From a virus (lineage: Duplodnaviria; Caudoviricetes): a stretch of 42,198 nt of DNA. The DNA is taken from positions 1 through 42,198 of the IMG/VR virus record IMGVR_UViG_3300049136_000037, one strand, 5' to 3'. The position numbers and the translations under genes were made by a program. Under the pieces are notes generated by a model, which was given only the letters and a program-made list of their open reading frames with translations, was not told where the DNA came from and searched no databases. This document shows, one piece after another, positions 1 through 8,329 of this stretch; the first letter of the stretch is position 1; the number at the start of each line of letters is the position of its first letter.

Positions 1-257
1 ACCTGGAGCTGGATGTCCACCCGGTCCAGCAGCGGCCCCGACATTCGGGCGAGGTACCGCCGCCGCATCATGGCAGTGCACGTGCAATCAAGTCCTTTGC
101 CGGAGGCCTTGCCGCAGGGGCATGGATTGGCAGCGAGCACCAATTGAAAACGCGCGGGGTAGGCAGCGGTTCCCGCCGACCGATGGATTACCAGCTCGCC
201 ACTTTCCAGCGGTTGCCGGAGGGCGTCCAGTACCCGGCGTTCGTACTCGGGTGCCTC
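1..257 (-). pseudogene. comM: 3' part of host ComM/YifB Mg-chelatase-like AAA+ ATPase gene, interrupted by the prophage; continues past the left edge
   Basis: Manual minus-strand translation gives EAPEYERRVLDALRQPLESGELVIHRSAGTAAYPARFQLVLAANPCPCGKASGKGLDCTCTAMMRRRYLARMSGPLLDRVDIQLQ, the hallmark ComM/YifB sequence just after Walker B (FLDE). Similarity stops at the Walker B codons. Visibly more GC-rich than the phage. Confidence 0.93.
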
Positions 258-285
258 TTCGAAATATGGTCTGCATACTCCAATG
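235..285. other. Prophage attachment junction (attL/attR hybrid site); crossover near 255-260
   Basis: ComM homology ends where LFLDE is replaced by PYFEE; abrupt switch to AT-rich sequence; the serine integrase starts about 45 nt away. Confidence 0.8.
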
Positions 286-286
286 G

Positions 287-302
287 TGATAAAATATGAG
301 GA
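287..302 (+). promoter_or_regulatory. Putative extended -10 promoter of the integrase gene
   Basis: TG-A-TAAAAT at 287-295, GAGGA at 298-302, ATG at 306. Confidence 0.5.
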
Positions 303-305
303 AGC

Positions 306-1732
306 ATGCATAATTATTCATACGCCATCTATTGCCGTATATCCGCCGATCGACGCGGAACTGAGCTTGGAGTGCAGCGCCAGGAAGAGGCTTGTAGGCA
401 GCTAGCAGAGCGTCAGGAGCTGGAAATATACACTGTCATCGTAGACAACGACATCAGCGCCTACAGCGGCAAGCGCCGCCCTGGATACGAGCAACTGCTG
501 GACCTAATGCGCTCGAAGCAAGTGCAGGGTGTGATCGCGCTTCACTCGGACCGACTACACCGCTCCCCTACGGAGCTAGAAGACTTCATCTCAATTTGCG
601 ACACCAACCAGATAGACGTGAAGACCGTCCAAGCCGGCGTTATCGACTTATCGACTGCTTCAGGCCGCATGGGTGCCCGTATCTATGGTGCCGTAGCTAG
701 GCACGAGGTAGAGCACACGATAGAACGTCAGAAAGCCGCGAAGCTTCAGGCAGCTAAAGCAGGACTTCCAAGCGGCGGCAACCGTGCGTATGGCTACGAG
801 CAGAACGGCCTGGTCGTAATCGAGGAAGAGGCCGCGATCATCCGTGAGGCTACAGACCGCTTCATAGCTGGGGATTCATGGCGCTCCCTCGCCTCGGACT
901 TCAACGCCCGTTCTGTCCCTACAGCCAAGGGGAACATGTGGAACGCGGCCAACGTGCACAACGTCTGCAACAGGAAGCGGAACATATCGGTTCGTACCCA
1001 TAACGGGGATGAGTACGCAGCTCAGTGAGCCTTGAGACATGGGAAGACTTGCAGATCGCCATCGCCAGAGGACAGGCCATCTACAGCAAGCGCACGTATG
1101 CCAGGAAGCATGTCTTTAGCGGCTTCATCAAGTGCGGAGTCTGCGGCAACAAGATGAACATCATCAACGCCCAGGCTAGGGATGGAAGCTATCAGCCTGC
1201 CTATAACTGCCGGAAGAAGGACCACCGCGGCCAAGAGGTTGGCTGTGGCAAGGTCAAGCGCAAGCAGGCACCGGTAGACGATCTCATCATTGACTGCCTC
1301 ATCTACCGTCTTGATACGCCAGAACTAGCAGCGATGGTCGGCAGCTCTAAGGCTGCTCCCCCACAACTCAAGCAGTTGCTACGCGACCAAGAGGCTCAAC
1401 GCCATCGCCTCACAGAGATCTTGAACCTTTACTCAACCGGCGTCATGGAGCTAACCGAGTACACGAGCGCTAAGACCATCGCCAGGGCACGGTTAGAGTC
1501 GCTGAATCAACAGGTGGACAGCCTCACCAGTCGGGCCATCATTGCCAACGTCCCTATGGGGCAGACTCTCCGCGAGACATGGGACAAGGCCGATCTTGAG
1601 TGGAAGCGCCAGTTAGTAGACGTGGTGATCGAAGAAGTACTTATACATCCACGGCAACTTGGGGATGCGAAGTTTCGCTATAAGCAATGGATTTTCAACC
1701 CTGACCGGATAGAAATCCGCTGGAAGTCCTGA
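306..1732 (+). pseudogene. Large serine recombinase (integrase) split into ORFs 306-1028 and 1025-1732
   Basis: N-terminal resolvase motif YCRIS...SAYSGKRRPG...DRLHRS plus recombinase domain. The second ORF has the zinc ribbon (CGVCG...YNC...C) and coiled coil. The frame breaks in the usual W-x-x-I-[IV]-S-x-E-T-W linker (AAQ*/VSLETWE). Confidence 0.88.
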
Positions 1733-1820
1733 TTATTAAGGAAACAAAAATGTATCCTTGACCGGCCAATTACACCTATGTAAGTCTTTAAGGCACGGCG
1801 TTAGGAGAAGGGGGACGCGA

Positions 1821-2030
1821 ATGGCCGATGAAGGCTATACAACGCAGGTAGGCCGGATGCTTTACCACCTGTTAAAAGACGATGACCCAGCGTACATCCC
1901 TTTAGAGCCTGATAGCAACCAAACAATTAGCCAACAAGTAAAACGACGGGTTACAACCCAACATCCCGACGGCACGATCGAGTCTGTCGAAGAAACCATC
2001 ACCCAAACTAGAACCACTTTCGATAGATAG
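1821..2030 (+). CDS. Hypothetical protein
   Basis: ATG 1821 preceded by AGGAGAAGGGGG; first gene of a tight operon. Confidence 0.55.
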   Translation: MADEGYTTQVGRMLYHLLKDDDPAYIPLEPDSNQTISQQVKRRVTTQHPDGTIESVEETITQTRTTFDR

Positions 2031-2040
2031 GGGCAGTGTC

Positions 2041-2256
2041 ATGGAAGCTTTCATTTTTGCCGTAGTGCTTATGGGATCAATTTTTGTTGTGCTGTGGTTC
2101 CTGCTGTCCAAGAAGGGCCAGCGCGCCGTCTTGAAGACTGACATCAAGCGTGAGATGCGTCGCGGCATGCGTGAGGAAGAGCTTATTGACGGTCTGCACG
2201 AACAGGCAGCTCGGGAGATCATCGAAGAAGAGAGGCGAAAGAAGGGACGTGCGTAA
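2041..2256 (+). CDS. Small membrane protein (N-terminal TM helix, charged tail)
   Basis: Hydrophobic AFIFAVVLMGSIFVVLWFLLS; AGGGG SD-like sequence. Confidence 0.7.
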   Translation: MEAFIFAVVLMGSIFVVLWFLLSKKGQRAVLKTDIKREMRRGMREEELIDGLHEQAAREIIEEERRKKGRA

Positions 2257-2428
2257 GGTTTGGGAAGCACTTGCCCTATTCGTCATCATCATCATTGTCC
2301 TAAGCATCGTCTCTGACGCTATCCAGCCGTACATGCCCATTATCGGCATCACGGCAGCGGCACTAATCCTGATCGCCTTAGTGATCCTTCTCTTTCGGTT
2401 GGTCATATCCAGACGTAAGTTCTGGTAG
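2249..2428 (+). CDS. Small two-TM membrane protein
   Basis: GTG at 2249 overlapping the upstream gene end; two hydrophobic helices and a basic C-terminus (RRKFW). Confidence 0.7.
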   Translation: MRKVWEALALFVIIIIVLSIVSDAIQPYMPIIGITAAALILIALVILLFRLVISRRKFW

Positions 2429-2478
2429 AAAAAGCCACGTTGTGCCAAAGTAACTGCAGGCATGGCGTGGCTTTTTCT
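2427..2478. terminator. Long hairpin flanked by A and T tracts (bidirectional terminator-like)
   Basis: AGAAAAAGCCACG...CGTGGCTTTTTCT 13-bp inverted repeat, extendable via TGCC/GGCA. Confidence 0.65.
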
Positions 2479-2518
2479 TTCCCTCACACTTCCACCGACA
2501 CTATTCATCGGAGTGCTT

Positions 2519-4708
2519 GTGATGAAGCTGCAAAGCCAAGCTCAACTTGATCATGACCGTAAGACCTACGTTCTGACGTTCCCCCAGGATCTCTCTGAGG
2601 ATCGCGTACAAGCATGGCTACGGGCAGTTAGCGGCACCCTTCACGCTAGGCAGTCCCTTTTAGATGGCATCCCGACCATCGTCTTTGAAACCTGGTCTAG
2701 TGCAGCCGGCATCGAACACAGAATCAAAGTTCCGTGGCAGCACGCCGATGACATCATGTCTCAGCTACGTACTCACCTCCGCGGCCTTCGCTATGAACCG
2801 GCGTCTACCTTCCCGCGCCATGAGTGGACCTATGCTGTCGAGATTGGCGAGAGCAATCCCGAGAGAAGTCTGCGGATGATTAACGCCAACGACACGGCCG
2901 CTTCCATCCTGACTTCAATCGGTCAACTCAAGAATGATGAAGCTTTGGTCATGCAGTGGGTAGTGGCGCCAAGTAGACCGCAGCGCTTACCGGAAGACGG
3001 AGCTAGAACTGCTGCCTTCAGCTTTAGGAGTCTGCTCGGGATACCTGAAGCGAGCAAGGATGAACTCGCGGATCGTCGTAAGAAACTGAGTGAACCTAAC
3101 TTCCATGCCGTACTTCGCGTTGCTGCAAAAGCTGAAACGAGGCCAAGAGCAGAGAAGATGGTCGGCAACGTCCGATCTTCCTTTACTGCACTAAACGCCC
3201 CTGACAATCGCTTCATCGAAATGCGCGTAACCAAGTCCAAGCTGCAAGAGCGCATCGACAGAGCAGCAACGTCGTTGAACCTACCGATGACTCTTGCCAT
3301 CTCAGAACTTATCCCGCTCATTGCCTACCCGATTGGTGGGCCGATGGTAGCGGGACTCCCCCGGTCAGCTAGTCGCCATCTTCCAGCACCAGCGTCAGTT
3401 GCCCTTGAAGGGCTCAGTATCGGACGCAGCAATTTCCCTGGCAATGAACGGCCCCTCGCGCTTGAGTGGGCCGATATAACCAAGCACATCCACCTAACCG
3501 CACCGACCGACTCAGGTAAGACAACCACGCTAGCGAATTTCGGTAAGCAGGTTGCTGAGCAAGGCATGGGCATGATGGTGCTTGAAGTTAAAGACGACCT
3601 CTTTGATGCGATGCTCGACTACATACCGAGTGACCGAATTGACGATGTCATCATCCTGAACGTGCACGATACGGCAACGCCGGTCGGATACAACCTGCTT
3701 AGTGGCAGTGACCCAGGACGGGTGATCGATGAGATTGAAAAGACCATGCTTCACATCTACGGCTCAGGCTCCGATGTCTGGCTGAAGAAGATGATGTTCC
3801 ATGGCCTCAAGACCCTCATGACTCGGCCAGGGATGACCATCGCTGATCTGCCTGCTCTGCTGTCCCCGAATCATTCAGAGGTTGCGTGGCGGGATGAACT
3901 GATCCAGGAACTCAAAGACCAAGACTTGATTGAGTTTTGGAAGAACTTCAAAAAGAAATCTGAAGAGAAACGCGAACAACAAGTACAGCCTGTCCTAGAC
4001 CGCTTCTGGCACTTCAACTCGCGCCCTGAACTACGTAACGTGTTCGGTCAAAGCAACAGCACGTTTTCGATGAGGGAAGCCGTCGCTAACAACAAGATCG
4101 TGCTGGTAAACCTCACAAACGTAGAGGCCACATCAGCTATGTTCATTGCTTCTATGCTGGTGGGTGACTTGTGGAAAGCGGTGAGGTCTAACAAGCCAGA
4201 CAAACCGTTCGTTCTGTTTGCCGATGAAGTGCAAGACATCGTGCGTATGCCGATTAAGCTGGACCAGATGCTTGCCCAAGCTCGTTCTTACAACCTGTCG
4301 ATCATCATGGCGAACCAGAGTGTTAGCCAGCTACCCGATGAAGTGATTGCAGCAGCGCAGAACAACGCTCGAACTAAGATTGTCTACCAGCTTGAGCATG
4401 ACGACGCCGTTAAGACAGCGAAGATGTTCGGTTCTGGCGTCACACCTAGCGACCTGATGAACCTCGCAAAGCATGAGGGATACGCCAGGCTCTACACGCC
4501 AACTGGGGTGAGTGCACCCCTAAGTCTTGTCGCCAATCCCCCAGCAGACTCGACCGGTAACAGGTGGAAGGTTCTTCAAAAGAGCCGTGACACCTACGGA
4601 CGAGACGTACTGGAGATTGGACAACAGATCAAGCAACGGCGTACAGCAAGAAAGACCGATCCTGCTAAGCGGCCAGAAATCGGTATCAAGCCTTGGGGTA
4701 AGAACTAG
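2519..4708 (+). CDS. Type IV coupling protein-like ATPase (VirD4/TraG/TraD, HerA-FtsK superfamily)
   Basis: Walker A HIHLTAPTDSGKTT, Walker B FVLFADEVQD, coupling-protein motifs QARSYNLSIIMANQSVSQL and NARTKIVY. Start uncertain (2462, 2519 or 2522). Confidence 0.85.
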   Translation: MMKLQSQAQLDHDRKTYVLTFPQDLSEDRVQAWLRAVSGTLHARQSLLDGIPTIVFETWSSAAGIEHRIKVPWQHADDIMSQLRTHLRGLRYEPASTFPRHEWTYAVEIGESNPERSLRMINANDTAASILTSIGQLKNDEALVMQWVVAPSRPQRLPEDGARTAAFSFRSLLGIPEASKDELADRRKKLSEPNFHAVLRVAAKAETRPRAEKMVGNVRSSFTALNAPDNRFIEMRVTKSKLQERIDRAATSLNLPMTLAISELIPLIAYPIGGPMVAGLPRSASRHLPAPASVALEGLSIGRSNFPGNERPLALEWADITKHIHLTAPTDSGKTTTLANFGKQVAEQGMGMMVLEVKDDLFDAMLDYIPSDRIDDVIILNVHDTATPVGYNLLSGSDPGRVIDEIEKTMLHIYGSGSDVWLKKMMFHGLKTLMTRPGMTIADLPALLSPNHSEVAWRDELIQELKDQDLIEFWKNFKKKSEEKREQQVQPVLDRFWHFNSRPELRNVFGQSNSTFSMREAVANNKIVLVNLTNVEATSAMFIASMLVGDLWKAVRSNKPDKPFVLFADEVQDIVRMPIKLDQMLAQARSYNLSIIMANQSVSQLPDEVIAAAQNNARTKIVYQLEHDDAVKTAKMFGSGVTPSDLMNLAKHEGYARLYTPTGVSAPLSLVANPPADSTGNRWKVLQKSRDTYGRDVLEIGQQIKQRRTARKTDPAKRPEIGIKPWGKN

Positions 4709-5049
4709 TTAGCAGCGTGGTAGGCGTCTTGAATGGACTGAGCTACGCGCCCACGCTCTGACACGTCATAGCCGTTGTCTTTTGCCCACTGGCGGATCTT
4801 CTGAAGCTCTTCTTTGTTTCCACCGGGCTTCCGCATGGTTGACGGACCCTGTGCACTCGCACGAGGAAGACGAGCGGTTACCTTAGCGGCCTTTTCGATG
4901 TACCTGTTGAGGAAGTTCTCAAGTTCCTCAGCGTTCTTATCGGTCAAGTCAATCTCGTACTGGTCATCGCCCCAGCCGAACTTGTATGAGGATGCGCCTT
5001 CTGAGCCATCCAGGTCATCACGAACTATGGTGATCGTTTCTTTTGCCAT
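4705..5049 (-). CDS. lsr2: Lsr2 family nucleoid-associated protein / xenogeneic silencer
   Basis: DDLDG...YEIDL dimerization domain; IRQWAKDNGYDVSERGRV with the RGR AT-hook. Confidence 0.95.
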   Translation of the reverse strand: MAKETITIVRDDLDGSEGASSYKFGWGDDQYEIDLTDKNAEELENFLNRYIEKAAKVTARLPRASAQGPSTMRKPGGNKEELQKIRQWAKDNGYDVSERGRVAQSIQDAYHAAN

Positions 5050-5064
5050 GATTCAAGACTAACG

Positions 5065-5096
5065 CAAAAAGCCCTAAGACGGCGCTTAGGACTTTG
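5065..5096 (-). terminator. Intrinsic terminator after the lysis genes
   Basis: CCTAAG/CTTAGG stem next to an A-tract (U-tract on the minus strand). Confidence 0.45.
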
Positions 5097-5161
5097 AGGA
5101 TGGATACTTAGTTGTTTTTGATGCTAAGACTGCTTACAGAGCGTCTCAGCGTGTCGTAGGA

Positions 5162-5398
5162 CTATTCTTCTGGTGGTGTGAGAAGCTGCTTGATGGTCAC
5201 GAACACTGCATTGATGCCGCCAACCAGTGACGCTCCCACTAAGCCGACAGCTAGGTTGACTACCGTTGTTTGCCCGCTAATGGCTGCGTTTACGAAATCT
5301 AGCCCGACTAACGTTATGGTTCCCAAGAAGCCGGATACAAAGGAGTATCCGAGCGCTTTTAGGATCTTAGCTGCCTGTTCTTTGGTTATTGGGGTCAT
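5162..5398 (-). CDS. Putative holin
   Basis: 78 aa with two hydrophobic segments, just downstream of the endolysin. Confidence 0.65.
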   Translation of the reverse strand: MTPITKEQAAKILKALGYSFVSGFLGTITLVGLDFVNAAISGQTTVVNLAVGLVGASLVGGINAVFVTIKQLLTPPEE

Positions 5399-5407
5399 AC
5401 GTTGTCC

Positions 5408-5494
5408 TTATAAGTGTTCATTAGGTTTGTTGTGGCATCTGTATCCAAGCCTCTGCTTCTTGCAAAGCCCAAAATGATGAAAAAACTGCTGCAT
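5408..5494 (-). CDS. 28-aa His/Cys microprotein (MQQFFHHFGLCKKQRLGYRCHNKPNEHL)
   Basis: ATG overlaps the endolysin TGA, AAGGAG SD; fills the gap up to the holin RBS. Confidence 0.45.
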   Translation of the reverse strand: MQQFFHHFGLCKKQRLGYRCHNKPNEHL

Positions 5495-6408
5495 CACTTC
5501 TCTCCTTTTTCTTTACGATTTATTAGCCAGTCCAGGAACGACAAGGCGGCTTTCCAGATGCTCCTGTTCTTGGCATCCTGATCTTGGGTTGCGGCGGCTT
5601 CGGCTTCCTGCTTGGCGATGAGTTCGGCCGCAGCCGCCTTTTCTGCAGCAACGCGAGCTTCTTCAGCTTCGAGCGCTTTGCGCGCGGCTTCTGCTTCCGT
5701 CGCGAAGCGGTCTTGCTCGGCCTTCTGTGCAGCGAGGCGAGCTTCCTCTTGACGTTTAGGCTCGGCATCTTTTGCAGCTTGGGCCGCTGTCGCTTTGAGA
5801 GCCTGAAGATTTCGATACTCCTGGGAACTGGCTAGGTCGGAGCGGACAAAATCAAGCGGCTTCTTGGTGTAGGTATCGATGCCACCCTGGTCGGCTTCGC
5901 GCTCCAGGATGTCTCGGTAAGCTTGGCGTACTTGATCAACGGTCGCGTTGGGTACGGAAGCAACGACGAACTGACTAGGGTCAATGCGACCCGCGAAGCC
6001 GTTCTTGAAGTTCGGTGCCAGCGGTAGGGCTTCGAAATGAAGATGAGGGCCTGTTGCAGCGCCAGTTGAGCCGACATTGCCGATGTGTTGCCCCTTGCTT
6101 ACCCGCTGCCCTTTGCTGACAGTCGTGCTGCTGAGATGGGCATATCCCGAGTAGACTCCTCCGTTATTGATGAGAACGCAGATGCCGGCCGGCGCGCCCA
6201 TCCAAGAGTGGTTTTGCCCCCATCCTTCAAAGGCGACAGTGCCTTCATCTGCTGCAAAAACCGGCGTCCCTACCGGTGCAGCGTAGTCATCACCGTTATG
6301 GCCGTTGTAGCCAAGAACCTGCTTGTAGTACCAGCGTCCATCCGCCTGCCGAAAGTCTGCTCCAAAGCGTTGGGTTATATTTGCGTTAATTGGTTTCTGA
6401 AAGCTCAT
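5494..6408 (-). CDS. Endolysin, M23 metallopeptidase with C-terminal helical/coiled-coil region
   Basis: HNGDD (HxxxD), YAHL and TGPHLHFE motifs; Ala/Glu/Lys coiled coil; amphipathic C-terminus. Confidence 0.9.
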   Translation of the reverse strand: MSFQKPINANITQRFGADFRQADGRWYYKQVLGYNGHNGDDYAAPVGTPVFAADEGTVAFEGWGQNHSWMGAPAGICVLINNGGVYSGYAHLSSTTVSKGQRVSKGQHIGNVGSTGAATGPHLHFEALPLAPNFKNGFAGRIDPSQFVVASVPNATVDQVRQAYRDILEREADQGGIDTYTKKPLDFVRSDLASSQEYRNLQALKATAAQAAKDAEPKRQEEARLAAQKAEQDRFATEAEAARKALEAEEARVAAEKAAAAELIAKQEAEAAATQDQDAKNRSIWKAALSFLDWLINRKEKGEK

Positions 6409-6423
6409 TCATGTTGTCTCCGT

Positions 6424-6939
6424 TTATGGCTTATATATGCTCCCTGGCAGGTCGTCCAAGATTGTTTGAATCGCTGGTCCAAACCGGCCCTGGGTGCCGG
6501 TCCTCTCCGGTTCCGGAGGCGCGCTCGTCGTGGGATAGTTCACCGACGGCTGCGTTGTATCAACTAGTGGCGCTGGAGCAGCTGCAGCCGGCGGCTGGAA
6601 TACTTGGCCCGATTCTGTAAGACCACTCGATGGTTCCACCTCACCCGTTTCACCGCACTTAGCGAAGTTCTCATCTGTACGCTCGATCTCGGGCAGCAGG
6701 ACGATGCAACGGATGTAGCGCTGCGTCTTCTTATGCTCTTTCTGGTTCTCTTCTAGAGCTTTAGCAAGAGATTTTTGTGCTTTCGCGTCCTGGTCGAGAC
6801 GCTGAGTGTCAATGCTCGACTGCAGGTTGGTCAGCTGAATAAACTGAAAGACAACCAAGATGAGCACGATGAAAGCGGCCCGCTTATAGACAGCGATACC
6901 AACACCCTGCGCGATCTCAACGAACTTAGTCCCACTCAT
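6424..6939 (-). CDS. Membrane protein (TM, coiled coil, Pro-rich tail) in the lysis region
   Basis: ATG 6939 overlaps the upstream TGA (ATGA); TM AAFIVLILVVFQFI. Confidence 0.65.
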   Translation of the reverse strand: MSGTKFVEIAQGVGIAVYKRAAFIVLILVVFQFIQLTNLQSSIDTQRLDQDAKAQKSLAKALEENQKEHKKTQRYIRCIVLLPEIERTDENFAKCGETGEVEPSSGLTESGQVFQPPAAAAPAPLVDTTQPSVNYPTTSAPPEPERTGTQGRFGPAIQTILDDLPGSIYKP

Positions 6940-7148
6940 CTCTTCATCCCCGCGATCTTGATGAAGTCTTTTGAGATCGACAGACCAAGTATCCAGAAGA
7001 CAATGTCGGGGACCGAGTCGGAGTAGACGGCGTTGATGAGTACGCACAGGACGAGCCCAACAACCGAGACGATAGCAAGGGCCGTATCGCTCTTTTCCTC
7101 CACCTCGCGTTTGAGTGGCTGAGAGACGGACTCATGTCGCTTGACCAT
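6936..7148 (-). CDS. Small two-TM membrane protein (holin-like)
   Basis: ATG 7148; two hydrophobic segments; coupled to both neighbours. Confidence 0.6.
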   Translation of the reverse strand: MVKRHESVSQPLKREVEEKSDTALAIVSVVGLVLCVLINAVYSDSVPDIVFWILGLSISKDFIKIAGMKR

Positions 7149-7254
7149 GTCTCTGCTTCCACGCGGCGTACACCTCGGCAATAAGAAGCGGAAGGGTAGC
7201 TCTCATGCCCCAACCGATCAGTCCCCCGACTATGGCGCTTAAGATGTCGATCAT
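7132..7254 (-). CDS. 40-aa hydrophobic microprotein (MIDILSAIVGGLIGWGMRATLPLLIAEVYAAWKQRHGQAT)
   Basis: Manual translation; fills the gap and overlaps the next start. Confidence 0.5.
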   Translation of the reverse strand: MIDILSAIVGGLIGWGMRATLPLLIAEVYAAWKQRHGQAT

Positions 7255-7276
7255 ATGGAGCAGCCCTTGCCCATCA

Positions 7277-8206
7277 CTATGTCCTGCTCACTAAGAAACC
7301 GTTGAAAAACGTAACGTTAGCCCCAATTACTACATCTCGGCTTTCCGAGCAAAAGGCGAAAACCTCTAAGTAATCTCCAGCATTAAGATATTCCAATGAT
7401 GAAATGGCGTGACGAGGCAGTGTACGTGCATCCCCGCTGCCGGCTAGACGCTGTGACGATTTCTTATAAGCACCATTGACGTAGAATAGCGCCTCAGACG
7501 AACCGCCAGTTCCGGCGCTGCCAATTCCAACTTGGATATTGATTTGATAATAGCCGCTAAGAGGAACGACGTAGCGGTTGTTGGTGGTATCGAAGTTATT
7601 GTTGGTGTCGAAAGTTTTTGCGCTGAAAGGTACCTTGATAGTCCCACCGGCACCTGTACTAGGGCTAGTAGTTGTATAGACACTGAACTTGTAGGGGTTA
7701 CTTAGCTGGCCTGCAGGGAGGACTACCCCACTGCTTGGTGAAACGAATACACGCTTGTCGGTGATGTTTGCGTTAGTGATTTGGGTGACGCCGTTTCCAA
7801 CAGCTATCTGCGCCAAGATTATGTAGGGATTAGCAGCCCCGATGGCAGCTTGAATCTGGCTCATTGTCGGTACGCTTGGGGACCCTGCTGGCGTACCTGC
7901 AACAGAGGCGAACTTGAGGACGTTATTTGTGTTGTTGACGTTGTTTGCGACTGTAGAACCGGCAACCGCCTTATCCACATAGGCCACAATGTAGTCGATA
8001 CGCGGCGAGCTATTTGCTGTCGCGATTGTCACGGACTCATTAGCGCTCGTGTCATGGCTGATTAGGTAGCCATAGCTAGCCGGATAGGTGCCGGTAGTGA
8101 TCCTGCCGGAACCGGGCTTCACCTGAACCGTCATGTTTGCCGTGGCGGCGGCGACAACCTGAAAGCCCTCAACAACGTCTCCGACCCAAAGGCGGTTGAT
8201 CAGCAA
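7277..8206 (-). CDS. Tail fibre / receptor-binding protein with C-terminal C1q/TNF-like beta-sandwich
   Basis: PRIDYIVAY and LAQIAV...ITDKR baseplate-type motifs; C1q-like FDTNNNFD...RYVVPLSGYYQI...LNAGDYLEV...FNGFLV. The frame stays open upstream to 8284. Confidence 0.75.
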   Translation of the reverse strand: MLINRLWVGDVVEGFQVVAAATANMTVQVKPGSGRITTGTYPASYGYLISHDTSANESVTIATANSSPRIDYIVAYVDKAVAGSTVANNVNNTNNVLKFASVAGTPAGSPSVPTMSQIQAAIGAANPYIILAQIAVGNGVTQITNANITDKRVFVSPSSGVVLPAGQLSNPYKFSVYTTTSPSTGAGGTIKVPFSAKTFDTNNNFDTTNNRYVVPLSGYYQINIQVGIGSAGTGGSSEALFYVNGAYKKSSQRLAGSGDARTLPRHAISSLEYLNAGDYLEVFAFCSESRDVVIGANVTFFNGFLVSRT

Positions 8207-8329
8207 ATCCGTACCGTATTCGTCCGTAGTTCCGCCATTATATGAACGAGTTTTGAAATAGCGCTTAGTCTCTTTTATGTTTGATTATGTTCTTAATGTA
8301 AAACATCGAGCCCTTTTTGAATAGCCCGA

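Noticed and set aside
88-321. 77-aa minus-strand ORF from the track
   Set aside because: Wrong frame; the ComM-coding frame is a different one that runs off the window edge.
1026-1028. TGA where Trp is expected in the integrase, hinting at stop-codon reassignment or readthrough
   Set aside because: The protein continues in a different frame, and TGA ends many other genes normally (ATGA overlaps).
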